64,000 nucleotides of DNA from Bifidobacterium sp. GTDB lineage: Bacteria; Actinomycetota; Actinomycetes; Actinomycetales; Bifidobacteriaceae. The position numbers and the translations under genes are program-made. This document shows, one piece after another, positions 39,250 through 48,813 of this stretch. Location of the stretch: contig JAXJQE010000137.1 of NCBI GenBank assembly GCA_036311305.1, positions 96-64,095 of the forward strand. Reading direction: 5' to 3'. The notes below the pieces were generated by a model. The model saw only the letters and a program-made list of their open reading frames with translations, did no database searches and was not told the DNA's origin. Positions within the stretch are counted from its first letter, which is position 1, and each line of letters opens with the position of its first letter.

Positions 39250-40242
39250 ATGCAAGCACAGGCGCCTGTCGACCGTTCCATGGCCGGCATGAGCGTCATC
39301 ACCCTGGACGACCTGTCCGTTCCCCAGATCCGGGACCTGCTCCACAAGGCCCGTTACATCGATTCCCACCGCCGGGACGTCGCGCACACCTGTGACGGAC
39401 GCATCCTGGCCACGTTGTTCTACGAGCCCAGCACGCGTACGCGCCTGAGCTTCGAGACGGCCATGCTGCGCCTGGGCGGCCAGGTCATCGGTTTCGCCGG
39501 CGCCCAGCTCGCCTCGGTCACCAAGGGGGAGTCCATCAGCGACACGTTGAAGACCGTCTCCAACTACGTCGACGTCGTCGCCATCCGCCATCCCAAGGAG
39601 GGTGCGGCGCTCGTCGCGTCGCGCGCCGCGAGCGTGCCCGTCATCAACGCCGGCGACGGTGGCCACATGCATCCCACGCAGACCCTCGCCGACCTGGCGA
39701 CCATCCAGTCGCGTTTCGGGCGCGTCACCGACCTGACGGTGGGTCTGTGCGGCGACCTGACCTTCGGGCGCACCGTGCACTCGCTCATCGAGACGCTGTG
39801 CCGTTTCGGCAACGTGCGGTTCGTGCTCATCTCCCCGAAGGAGCTCAGGACCCCGCGCTACGTGATCGACCGCATCAAGGCGACCCCGAGCTGCTCCTAC
39901 GTGGAGACCACCGACCTGACGGACGCGATCGGCGAGCTGGACGTGCTGTACATGACGCGCGTGCAGAAGGAACGCTTCTTCAACGAGGACGATTACCTGC
40001 GCCTGCGCGACACCTACATCCTCGACGAGGCCAAGCTCAGGCTCGCCAAACCGGACATGGCGGTCCTGCATCCGTTGCCGCGCGTCAACGAGATCGCCAC
40101 CGACGTGGACAGTGACCCGCGCGCCGCCTATTTCGAGCAGGTGCGCAACGGCATGCTCATGCGCATGGCGTTGGAGAGCTCGGTGCTCGGCGACGGCCTG
40201 CCCGGCTACGAACCGCTCGAGGGAAGGGTATTGGAGGCCTGA
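39250..40242 (+). CDS. pyrB: aspartate carbamoyltransferase catalytic subunit
   Basis: LATLFYEPSTRTRLSFETAM, HPTQTLADL and HPLPRV motifs are present. The start is uncertain (TTG 39220, or ATG at 39250, 39280 or 39289). Confidence 0.88.
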   Translation: MQAQAPVDRSMAGMSVITLDDLSVPQIRDLLHKARYIDSHRRDVAHTCDGRILATLFYEPSTRTRLSFETAMLRLGGQVIGFAGAQLASVTKGESISDTLKTVSNYVDVVAIRHPKEGAALVASRAASVPVINAGDGGHMHPTQTLADLATIQSRFGRVTDLTVGLCGDLTFGRTVHSLIETLCRFGNVRFVLISPKELRTPRYVIDRIKATPSCSYVETTDLTDAIGELDVLYMTRVQKERFFNEDDYLRLRDTYILDEAKLRLAKPDMAVLHPLPRVNEIATDVDSDPRAAYFEQVRNGMLMRMALESSVLGDGLPGYEPLEGRVLEA

Positions 40243-40243
40243 C

Positions 40244-40669
40244 ATGGAAGTCACCAGCATCATCAACGGCATCATCATCGACCACGTGCCCGCCGGCAGC
40301 GCCCTCAAGGTCCTCGACTACCTGGACATCGACCCCGCCACCACGCGCCTGGCGCTCATCATGAACGCCGACAGCCAACGCTACGGGCGCAAGGACATCA
40401 TCAAGATCGAGGACATCGACGAGGACGACATCGACCTCGACGTGCTCGCCCTCGTCGCCCGTACCGCCAGCGTGGACATCGTCCGTGGCGGCACGATCAC
40501 CAACAAGCTCACGCTCGTGCTGCCCGAGCACGTCATCAACATCATCACCTGCCAGAACCCGCGGTGCGTGACCACCACGGAACGCGGCATCGACCAGATG
40601 TTCCACCTCATGCACACCGAACGCGAGGAATACCGTTGCGACTACTGCGACGAGGAGGCCAAGCTCTGA
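40244..40669 (+). CDS. pyrI: aspartate carbamoyltransferase regulatory subunit
   Basis: 141 aa: MEVTSIINGIIIDHVPAG... with C-terminal Zn motifs CQNPRC and CDYC. Confidence 0.9.
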   Translation: MEVTSIINGIIIDHVPAGSALKVLDYLDIDPATTRLALIMNADSQRYGRKDIIKIEDIDEDDIDLDVLALVARTASVDIVRGGTITNKLTLVLPEHVINIITCQNPRCVTTTERGIDQMFHLMHTEREEYRCDYCDEEAKL

Positions 40670-42066
40670 TGGCTTGCACGCTGCACGGCATCGCCGTCTG
40701 GGACACCCACGAGACCATCGACCTGGTCGTGGCCGCCGACGGAGCGGACCGCGACATCGACGCCACCGGCTGGACGCTGGCGCCCGGCCTGCAGGACCCG
40801 CACGTGCACTTCCGCGACCCCGGGCAGACCGGCAAGGAGGACATGCTCTCCGGATGCCGCGCCGCGGCCGCCGGCGGCTACACGAACGTGCTCATCATGC
40901 CCAACACCGTGCCCGCCATGGACGGCCGTCCCGTCCGGCAGGGGGAGCCCGGCGCGGGCGAGGTGCTCGACGCCGGCTGCGCGAACGTCATCGACTACCT
41001 GCAGCACTACGGCGAGGTCCACGACGTGACACTGCCCGTACGCTACGAGCTGTGCGTCGCCGCCACCAAGGGCCGCGACGGCCGGGAAGCCAGCGACCCC
41101 GAGGACTGGGCCTGGTACCTGCCCGGCCACGACGCCGACAAGGACGCCGCCCAGATCGCCCACCCCGTCACCGCGATGAGCGACGACGGCGCCCCCGTGC
41201 CCGAGAAGGTCCTTGAGGAAGTGCTCGCCAACTGCAAGAAGACGGGCCTGTACCTCATCGAACACTGCGAGCATCACGACACCGGCGCCGTCAACGCCGG
41301 CCCCGTCGCCGACAAGCTCGGCGTGCCCGGCATCCCCGAGGACACCGAACTGGCCATCGTCGCCCGCGACATCGAACTGGCCCGCGCCACCGGCGTGCAC
41401 ATCCACTTCCAGCACGTGAGCACCGCCATCTCCTTCGACGCCATCCGCGCCGCCAAGGCCGAAGGACTGCCCATCACCTGCGAGACCGCACCCCACTACC
41501 TCGCCCTGTGCGACGAGGACCTCCTCAAGTACGGCACCGTCGCCAAGATGAACCCGCCCCTGCGCTCCGCCGCCGACCGCCAGGCCACCATCGCGGCCAT
41601 CGCCGACGGCACCGTCGACATGATCGCCACCGACCACGCGCCCCACACCCTCGACGAAAAGGCACAAGGCTTCCTCGACGCACCCAACGGCATCATCGGC
41701 CTCGAATGCGCCTACGGCGTCTGCCACAAGACCCTCGTCGACACCGGCACCATCAGCGACGCCAAGCTCATCGAACTCATGGCCGTCGCCCCCGGCAAAC
41801 TCCTCGGCCACCCCGCCACCGACATCCCCGGCCTCCTCGAACGCCACGCCATCCCCGGACCCGACGGACGACGCCTCCTCGACCTCACCACCGTGAGCGA
41901 CCCCGAGGACGTGGACCTCGCCATCCTCGACACCCACCGCCACTGGACCGTGGATCCCGAAGCCTTCCAATCCAAGGCACGCAACACCCCATTCGCCGGC
42001 TGGCACGTCACCGGCCAGCCCATCGCCACCATCATCGGCTCCACACCCATGTACACCCGCTGGTAA
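40669..42066 (+). CDS. pyrC: dihydroorotase
   Basis: 465 aa. The ATG overlaps the pyrI TGA. Contains LQDPHVHFRDPG and ATDHAPH. Confidence 0.88.
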   Translation: MACTLHGIAVWDTHETIDLVVAADGADRDIDATGWTLAPGLQDPHVHFRDPGQTGKEDMLSGCRAAAAGGYTNVLIMPNTVPAMDGRPVRQGEPGAGEVLDAGCANVIDYLQHYGEVHDVTLPVRYELCVAATKGRDGREASDPEDWAWYLPGHDADKDAAQIAHPVTAMSDDGAPVPEKVLEEVLANCKKTGLYLIEHCEHHDTGAVNAGPVADKLGVPGIPEDTELAIVARDIELARATGVHIHFQHVSTAISFDAIRAAKAEGLPITCETAPHYLALCDEDLLKYGTVAKMNPPLRSAADRQATIAAIADGTVDMIATDHAPHTLDEKAQGFLDAPNGIIGLECAYGVCHKTLVDTGTISDAKLIELMAVAPGKLLGHPATDIPGLLERHAIPGPDGRRLLDLTTVSDPEDVDLAILDTHRHWTVDPEAFQSKARNTPFAGWHVTGQPIATIIGSTPMYTRW

Positions 42067-42079
42067 GAGGAGAACACCC

Positions 42080-43045
42080 ATGGACCGACTCATCGAAGCC
42101 ATCGAAGCCGCACAGAACCCCAGCGTCGTCGGCCTCGACCCCACACCCGCCCTCGTCCCGCCCCAAGTCATCGACTCCTACGCCGACGAGGTCGAAACAC
42201 AGGTCGAGGACCCCAGCGAACTACGCGCCACCCAACTGTCCGTCGCCTACTTCGCCTACAACTGCGCCATCATCGACGCCATCGCCGACATCGTCCCCGC
42301 CGTCAAACCACAGATCGCCATGTACGAAGCCCTCGGCCCCGCCGGCATCGACGCGTACACCATGACCTGCGAATACGCCCAGCAACAAGGCCTCTACGTC
42401 ATCGGCGACACCAAACGCGGCGACATCGGCTCCACCGCCACCGCCTACGCCGCCCACCTGTCCGGCGTACCCACACCAAGGGAGGAACCCCACGACCCCT
42501 GGCACGAGGACGCCATCACCATCAACCCCTACCTCGGCGCCGACGGCATCACCCCCTTCACCGACGCCGCCAAGACCACCGACAAGGACCTCTTCACCCT
42601 CGTACGCACCTCCAACCCCTCCAGCGCCGAGATCCAGGAACTCGCGCTCGCCGACGGCACACGCCTCTACGAGCGCGTCGGCGCGCTGGTGGAGGAGTGG
42701 GGCGCGGACAGCCTCGGCCGGTTCGGCTACTCGCGCGTCGGCGCCGTCGTCGGCGCCACCCACCCCGAGGAAGGCGCCGCGCTGCGCACCGCCATGCCCC
42801 ACACGTTCTTCCTGGTGCCCGGCTACGGCGCCCAGGGCGGCACCGCGCAGTCCGTCGCCGGCATGTTCGACCGCGACGGCTCCGGCGCCATCGTCAACTC
42901 GTCGCGCGGCATCATCGGCGCCTGGCGTTCCTCGGACGCCTACAGCGAGACCATGGGCGCGGACGACGCGCTCGCGCTCGTCGCCGACTGCGCGCGCCAA
43001 GCGGCGCTCGACATGCGTGACCAGCTGCGCGTCGCGCTGCCCTAG
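42080..43045 (+). CDS. pyrF: orotidine 5'-phosphate decarboxylase (type 2)
   Basis: 321 aa: VVGLDP...KPQIAMYE...DTKRGDIGSTA. Confidence 0.88.
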   Translation: MDRLIEAIEAAQNPSVVGLDPTPALVPPQVIDSYADEVETQVEDPSELRATQLSVAYFAYNCAIIDAIADIVPAVKPQIAMYEALGPAGIDAYTMTCEYAQQQGLYVIGDTKRGDIGSTATAYAAHLSGVPTPREEPHDPWHEDAITINPYLGADGITPFTDAAKTTDKDLFTLVRTSNPSSAEIQELALADGTRLYERVGALVEEWGADSLGRFGYSRVGAVVGATHPEEGAALRTAMPHTFFLVPGYGAQGGTAQSVAGMFDRDGSGAIVNSSRGIIGAWRSSDAYSETMGADDALALVADCARQAALDMRDQLRVALP

Positions 43046-43098
43046 CCAACAGGTTTTCCCATCGACAACCACCGACAGCAGGAGAGGAAGAGAACCCA

Positions 43099-43914
43099 GT
43101 GACCACCGCATCATTCATCCCCACCGTCGCGCAGGCGACCGACGCGGGATACTACCCGGCGCGCCGCACCGTGGACGTCACCGCCGTGCGCAAGCTCACG
43201 GACGGCGTGTACCGCCTGACGTTCCGCGACGCGTTCATCGCCGCCAAGGCCAGGCCCGCGCAGTTCGTCAACCTGTACTCGCGCAACCCCCTGCACATGT
43301 CCCCGCGCCCCTTCGGCGTGGCCGACGTGGACGGCGACGAGGTGTCCATCATCTTCGCCGTCGTCGGCTACGGCACCGACGAGTTCAGCCGCATGCGCGC
43401 CGGCGACCGCGTCGACGTGCTGGGCCCCCTCGGCAAGCCGTACGACACGAAGGCGTCAGCCAACTACGTGCTCGTTGGCGGCGGCCTGGGCATCCCGCCG
43501 CTCATCCGCGCCGCGCAGGTCCTCTCGGCGCGCGCCGACACCGAGGTGACCGCCGTGTTCGGCTACCGCAACGACCACTTCGCGCAGGACATCGTCGCCC
43601 CGTTCGCCGACCGCGCGTACGCGATCGACGAGTCCGAGGGCAACGTCATCACGCTGCTCGAACGCCTCGACGCAGAGCTCGCCGCCAACCCGCTGCCCCC
43701 GGTCATCCTCTCGTGCGGCCCGCTGCCCATGCTCAAGGCGGTCGCCGCGTGGGCCGCGCACCGTAGCATACGTTGCCAGTTCAGCCTCGAGGAACGCATG
43801 GGCTGCGGCTACGGCACGTGCGTGGTGTGCGTCGTCGACACCGTCGACGGCAGGCAGAAGGTGTGCGTGGACGGCCCGGTGTTCACGCCGGAGCAGCTCG
43901 GCTGGGGCAAATGA
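43099..43914 (+). CDS. pyrK: dihydroorotate dehydrogenase electron-transfer subunit
   Basis: 271 aa, GTG start after GGAGAGGAAGAG. C-terminal 2Fe-2S ligand cluster CGYGTCVVCV...C. Confidence 0.85.
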   Translation: MTTASFIPTVAQATDAGYYPARRTVDVTAVRKLTDGVYRLTFRDAFIAAKARPAQFVNLYSRNPLHMSPRPFGVADVDGDEVSIIFAVVGYGTDEFSRMRAGDRVDVLGPLGKPYDTKASANYVLVGGGLGIPPLIRAAQVLSARADTEVTAVFGYRNDHFAQDIVAPFADRAYAIDESEGNVITLLERLDAELAANPLPPVILSCGPLPMLKAVAAWAAHRSIRCQFSLEERMGCGYGTCVVCVVDTVDGRQKVCVDGPVFTPEQLGWGK

Positions 43915-43922
43915 GGGGAGTC

Positions 43923-44873
43923 ATGACGATGGAACAGCAGACGAACGATTTGTACGCGCCGCACGAGTGGCGCCATGGCACCATGGTCGCCGGCGTGCGG
44001 TGGAAGAACCCCGTCGGCACCGCCTCGGGCACCTTCCAGCTGGCCGCGGTGCGCCACTTCTACGACGTGGCGCAGCTCGGCGCCGTCGGCACCAAGGGCG
44101 TCTCGCCGGTGCCGTGGGAAGGCAATCCGGCGCCGCGCACCGCGGAGAGTCCCGCCGGCACCGTCAACGCCGTGGGCCTGCAGAACCCGGGCGTGGACAC
44201 GTATCTCGTGGACGAGCTGCCCAAGCTCAAGGCGCTGGGTGCCACCGTGGTCACCAACGTCGCCGGCCACTGCGACGACGACTACGCCGAGGTCGTGGCC
44301 AAGCTCGCCGACTCGCCGGCCGACATGCTCGAGATCAACGTGAGCTGCCCCAACGTCAGCCACGGCGGCATGTCCGTCGGCACCGACCCGGTGGCGCTGT
44401 CCCACCTCGTCGAGCGGCTGCGCAGGCTCACCGACAAGCCGATGGTCATCAAGCTCACGCCGAACGTCACCGACATCGCGCTCATCGCGCGCGCCGCCGT
44501 CGAGGCGGGCGCCGATGCGCTGAGCATGATCAACACGCTCGTCGGCATGCGCATCGACATCCGCACCGGCAAGCCGATTCTCTCGAACGTCACCGGCGGC
44601 GTCTCCGGACCGGCCGTGTTCCCAGTGGGACTGGCGTGCGTGTGGAAGGTGCGCACCGCGCTGCCGGACATCCCCATCATCGGCATCGGCGGCATCGACT
44701 CAGGCGAGAAGGCGCTGGAATACCTGTACGCCGGCGCCAACGCCGTCGAGGTCGGCGGCGCCGCGCTCGTGGAGCCCACCGCGCCGCTGCGCGTGGCCCT
44801 CGAGCTTGAGGCGCTGCTCGACGAACGCCCAGAACTGGCCGCCAAGCTCGCCAAGGGCGACACCTGGCGCTGA
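43923..44873 (+). CDS. pyrD: dihydroorotate dehydrogenase catalytic subunit (class 1B)
   Basis: 316 aa: [11 protein letters not shown]...NAVGLQNPG...EINVSCPNV...GIGGI. Confidence 0.88.
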   Translation: MTMEQQTNDLYAPHEWRHGTMVAGVRWKNPVGTASGTFQLAAVRHFYDVAQLGAVGTKGVSPVPWEGNPAPRTAESPAGTVNAVGLQNPGVDTYLVDELPKLKALGATVVTNVAGHCDDDYAEVVAKLADSPADMLEINVSCPNVSHGGMSVGTDPVALSHLVERLRRLTDKPMVIKLTPNVTDIALIARAAVEAGADALSMINTLVGMRIDIRTGKPILSNVTGGVSGPAVFPVGLACVWKVRTALPDIPIIGIGGIDSGEKALEYLYAGANAVEVGGAALVEPTAPLRVALELEALLDERPELAAKLAKGDTWR

Positions 44874-44902
44874 GCCGGACGGAAGAAAGGAACCCATCAC
44901 CC

Positions 44903-45607
44903 ATGCCCATGTTCGAGACCCTCGACCACCGCTTCACCCGTTTCCTGCTGGAATCCGGCGCCCTCAAGTTCGGCGAGTTCACCCTCAAGTCGGGACGGCG
45001 TTCACCGTACTTCATCAACGCCGGCGCCTTCGACGACGGCCGCAAGATCGCCACGCTCGGCGCCTTCTACGCCGAGAAGATCCAGACGGAGATCGACAAC
45101 GGCAAGCTGCCCGTGCGCATCGACACCATCTTCGGCCCCGCCTACAAGGGCATACCGCTGGCCGTAGCGACCTCCATGGCCATGCAGCTCAACTACGGCG
45201 TCACCGTCGGTTACACCTTCGACCGCAAGGAGGCCAAGGACCACGGCGACGGCGGCATCATGGTCGGCAGGCCCCTCGAGGACGGCAACCGCGTGCTGCT
45301 CGTGGACGACGTCATGACCGCCGGCACCGCCGTGCGCGAGGTCGTCCCCAAGCTCAAGGCGCAGGCGGACGTCGAGATCGTCGGCCTCGTGCTGTCCGTG
45401 GACCGCATGGAGAAGACGAAGGACTCGGATGTCTCCGCCGTCAAGGCCGTCGAGGACGAGTTCGGCTTCCCGGTGCTCGCCATCGCCAACGTGCGCCAGA
45501 TCTTCGAGGCCGGCCAACAGCTGCGCAAGTCCGACGGCACCGGCCCCGTCGTGGACGAGGGCATCGCCAAGGCCGCCGAGGAGTACCTGGACCGCTACGG
45601 CGCCTGA
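44903..45607 (+). CDS. pyrE: orotate phosphoribosyltransferase
   Basis: 234 aa: [21 protein letters not shown]...[13 protein letters not shown]. Confidence 0.9.
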   Translation: MPMFETLDHRFTRFLLESGALKFGEFTLKSGRRSPYFINAGAFDDGRKIATLGAFYAEKIQTEIDNGKLPVRIDTIFGPAYKGIPLAVATSMAMQLNYGVTVGYTFDRKEAKDHGDGGIMVGRPLEDGNRVLLVDDVMTAGTAVREVVPKLKAQADVEIVGLVLSVDRMEKTKDSDVSAVKAVEDEFGFPVLAIANVRQIFEAGQQLRKSDGTGPVVDEGIAKAAEEYLDRYGA

Positions 45608-45707
45608 CATCGCCCAAGGGCGAAGCGGCTGGCGCTCCCGTCACCATGACGTTATGGTGGAGCCGTACCACGGCCCTGACGGGTCACACATGGGGAGGAG
45701 CGCCAGC

Positions 45708-46388
45708 ATGCCGCAAGCGGTGGTCTACACGGATTTCGACGGCGTGCTCAACGCCTTCGTCGATGACAAGGTGCTGCGCCGGGGCGGTCAGGCGAACCTC
45801 GCGTGGTTGCGCGGCCATGACGGTCGCAAGGCGCTGTACGATCCGTCGAACGCCTTCCTGCTGGACCGCTGTGAACGCATCATGGTGGACCGCCACAACG
45901 GGTACCGGGTACACTGGTCGGCGGAACTGGCCGCCGACCTCGCCAAGCTGGCGAGCACCGGACTGGCGGACCTGGAATGGCTTACGACGTGGCAACCCTA
46001 CACCGACCGGCTCAACGACGCCCTCGGATGGGACGCCATCCCCGTGGACACCGTGCAATGGTACGACCCGGTCACCTACGACCGGCTCCTGACCGGCAAG
46101 TTCGGCACCATCAAGGCACGCGCCCGCGTGGAGATGGAGCGGGAGCACCCGCTGCCCATCATCTGGATCGACGACGAGGAATGCACCCCGGAACGCCGCG
46201 ACGAGCTCGAGGCCATGGTGGGGGACCTGGTGCCGATCCTCATGGTCCGTCCCGACAGCCGCATCGGCATCTCACGGCGCCAATGGCGCCTCATCACCGA
46301 CATGGTCGCCACGCCCGAACGCCATCCCGGCGTCACTTTGGACGAGGAACCCACCTTGCGCGCCCATGACGGGCATCTGGGATTCTGA
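45708..46388 (+). CDS. HAD-like hypothetical protein (resembles the HAD domain of 'Swiss-army-knife' RNA-repair proteins)
   Basis: MPQAVVYTDFDGVLNAF...LTTWQ...IIWIDDE. Start is the ATG at 45708 (GAGGAG RBS) or at 45690. Confidence 0.5.
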   Translation: MPQAVVYTDFDGVLNAFVDDKVLRRGGQANLAWLRGHDGRKALYDPSNAFLLDRCERIMVDRHNGYRVHWSAELAADLAKLASTGLADLEWLTTWQPYTDRLNDALGWDAIPVDTVQWYDPVTYDRLLTGKFGTIKARARVEMEREHPLPIIWIDDEECTPERRDELEAMVGDLVPILMVRPDSRIGISRRQWRLITDMVATPERHPGVTLDEEPTLRAHDGHLGF

Positions 46389-46450
46389 GACCCCGGGACA
46401 CACCTTCATACCTGACCGGTGGGTCTGGCCGCAAAAAATGACATAACGGA

Positions 46451-46801
46451 CTATCCGTGGCGCTGTTCCCACAGGATCTCGTCGGCATGGTCGTTGGCCA
46501 ACGCCGCCAACTGGGTCAACGGCACCGCGAACTGGCGGCCGAGGGGAGTGAGGGCGTAACTGACCTGCGGGGGATTGGTGGTGCCCACCACGCTGCGGCG
46601 CACCAAGCCATAGCGCACCAGGTATTTCAGGCTCTGCGAAGCCATGCGCTCACTGATCCCACCGATGGAGCGGCACAGCTCCGAGAAGCGCATGGGGCGG
46701 TTCTTGAGCGCCAGGATGATCAGGGAACCCCATTTGCCTTTGATGATGGACAGGGGAAAACGCAGGGGACAGTTGGACGCGAACAGATCGTATTGGGCCA
46801 T
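46451..46801 (-). CDS. HxlR-family (MarR-like) transcriptional regulator
   Basis: 116 aa: CPLRFPLSIIKGKWGSLIILALKNRPMRFSELCRSIGGISERMASQSLKYLVRYGLVRR. Confidence 0.85.
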   Translation of the reverse strand: MAQYDLFASNCPLRFPLSIIKGKWGSLIILALKNRPMRFSELCRSIGGISERMASQSLKYLVRYGLVRRSVVGTTNPPQVSYALTPLGRQFAVPLTQLAALANDHADEILWEQRHG

Positions 46802-46844
46802 GGAACTCAGTGTAGCGGGAAAGTGTAAGCTTATTGAAAGTAAG

Positions 46845-46865
46845 GTACTTACTTATAGTAAGTAC
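46845..46865. promoter_or_regulatory. 21-bp palindrome GTACTTACT-TAT-AGTAAGTAC, an operator candidate in the hxlR/membrane-protein divergent region
   Basis: Perfect 9-bp arms. AT-rich, and 44 bp upstream of the hxlR start codon. Confidence 0.55.
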
Positions 46866-47028
46866 TAACTCCCCCAATACCACCACCGTGCCCCATCACG
46901 GAATCGCTTATCTTTATCCAGCATCAAGGCCAAGATCGCACTCATCATGGACAAATCACATCCGTGTGATTTGTGCGCACGGGCTTGCTACAGTGGGACA
47001 TGCCGTGCCGACCCGAGGGAGGTTTTCC

Positions 47029-47897
47029 ATGACCATGGCCGAAGCGACCGGGGAGCTCATCGCCAGGAGGCAGTTCGCGCCGCTGTACATCTGGCTGGAC
47101 ATCGCGTTCCTGCTGTTCCTGATGGGATTGCTGCTGTGGAAGCGGCGGTACACGACCGTCCTGGTGGGCTTGGCCGCGGGCGTCCTCTATTTCGCAGTTG
47201 ACTTCGGCATCTTCCACCTGGCGTTGCACAGCCGCACCATTTCGCCGAACGCGAGCCTGTTCTGGGTGTTGCTGTGGATGTCCATGAGCTACGGGTTCAC
47301 GAACTTCGTGTGGATCTGGCTGTGGCTGCGCCGCGACCCGGACCTGGTGGGTGGTCGACGCTCATCTTCGGCTGGTGGTTCTGCGCGTCGCTCATCACCC
47401 AAACGATCACGGAACGCTGGCTGCCGTGGCAGGTGGTCGATCCCATCACCATCCAGCGCACCACGGGCTCGTACCATGGGTGGATGGCGCTCATCCTGTT
47501 CGTGGGCTACGCGGGCGTGGTGATCTGGAACCTGGGGCACCAGCTGCCGGCGGAACGCGTGCGCATCGGCTGGCTGCTGGCGTGCGGCATCCTCATCCAG
47601 TTCGCGTGGGAGGTGGCGCTGCTGCTCGGCGGCATCCGCAGCGCCGGCATGACGCTCGCGGAGGCGGTGAAACCATTGGTCGTCAATTCGCTGCTGGAAA
47701 CGAACCTCGGGATGCCGTACGTGTACCTCATTTTCCTGGCGGTGCCGGCACGCCGTCACGAGGACCTCTCGCCGCGCCGGCCGCCCGTCGGGATGCTTGA
47801 GCTGTTGCGCGAGAGCAACGCGGCCACCGGACGACGCGGACCGGGCGGCACTGCCCGGCAGTGCCGGCCGGTCAGCGTCGCGGTCAGTCGTCGATGA
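47029..47897 (+). pseudogene. polytopic membrane protein (unknown family); apparent -1 frameshift near 47347-47354
   Basis: The N-terminal part (MTMAEATGELIARRQFAPLYIWLDIAFLLFLMG...FVWIWLWLRRDPDLV) lies in track ORF 46834..47523. Hydrophobic sequence continues in another frame (WSTLIFGWWFCASLITQ...LIQFAWEVALLLGGI...) in ORF 47274..47897. The span is 869 nt (3n+2). The 3' end is uncertain. Confidence 0.55.
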
Positions 47898-48813
47898 GCT
47901 TGTAGCCGTGCGCGGCCACGACGTCGCGCAGCTGCTCGAGGTACGCCTGCGCAGGCTTGGACAGCTTGGCGCGCTCGTGGCTGATCCAGCCGACGAGCAT
48001 CGTGTCGTCCGTGTCGAGCGGCACGGTGACAATCTTCTCGTTGTTGAGGTCGCCGTTGTCGATGCCGGTGCACACGGTGTACCCGTTGAGGCCGATGATG
48101 AAGTTGAGGATGGTGGCGCGGTCGGTCACGTTGATCTGCTTGGGGGAGTAGTCCGGCCAGACGGCCTCCTCGGCGAAGTAGAAGCTGCCTTCCTCGCCCT
48201 GCTCGTACTGGATGAACGGGAAGGGCTTCAAGTCCTCCATGGTGATGACCTTCTTCATGGCCAGCGGGTTGTCCCTGGAGATGAACACGTGCAGCGGCGC
48301 GCGGAACAGGGGATGGAACTCGAGGTGCTTCTCGCGCAGCAGCTTGCCGATGACGTGCTTGTTGAAGTCGGACAGGTACAGGATGCCGATGTCGGAGCGC
48401 ATCGTGGCGACCTGGTCGATGATGTCGCGCGTGCGTGTCTCCCGGATCGTGAACTCGTACTCGTCCGACCTGATGGATTCGATCATGCGCACGAACGCCT
48501 CGACGGCGAACATGTAGTGCTGCGTGGACACGGCGCACAGCTGCTTGCGGGGCTTGGCGTTCTTGTAGCGTTCCTCCAGCAGGGCAGCCTGGTCGAGCAC
48601 CTGGCGCGCGTACGTGAGGAACTCGGCGCCGTCCGTGGTCAGGGTGATGCCCTGCGAGGAGCGGGTGAAGATCTCGATGCCCAGCTCGTTCTCGAGGTCC
48701 TTGACGGAGGAGCTCAACGCCGGCTGCGATATGTACAGCTCGTGTGAGGCCTCGTTCATGGACCCGCATTCCACGATCTTGACGATGTACTTGAGCTGCA
48801 GAAGCGTGGTCAT
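47884..48813 (-). CDS. LysR-family transcriptional regulator
   Basis: 309 aa from the ATG (complement of 48811-48813; GGAAGGGG RBS). N-terminal helix-turn-helix: MTTLLQLKYIVKIVECGSMNEASHELYISQPALSSSVKDLENELG. Confidence 0.85.
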   Translation of the reverse strand: MTTLLQLKYIVKIVECGSMNEASHELYISQPALSSSVKDLENELGIEIFTRSSQGITLTTDGAEFLTYARQVLDQAALLEERYKNAKPRKQLCAVSTQHYMFAVEAFVRMIESIRSDEYEFTIRETRTRDIIDQVATMRSDIGILYLSDFNKHVIGKLLREKHLEFHPLFRAPLHVFISRDNPLAMKKVITMEDLKPFPFIQYEQGEEGSFYFAEEAVWPDYSPKQINVTDRATILNFIIGLNGYTVCTGIDNGDLNNEKIVTVPLDTDDTMLVGWISHERAKLSKPAQAYLEQLRDVVAAHGYKLIDD

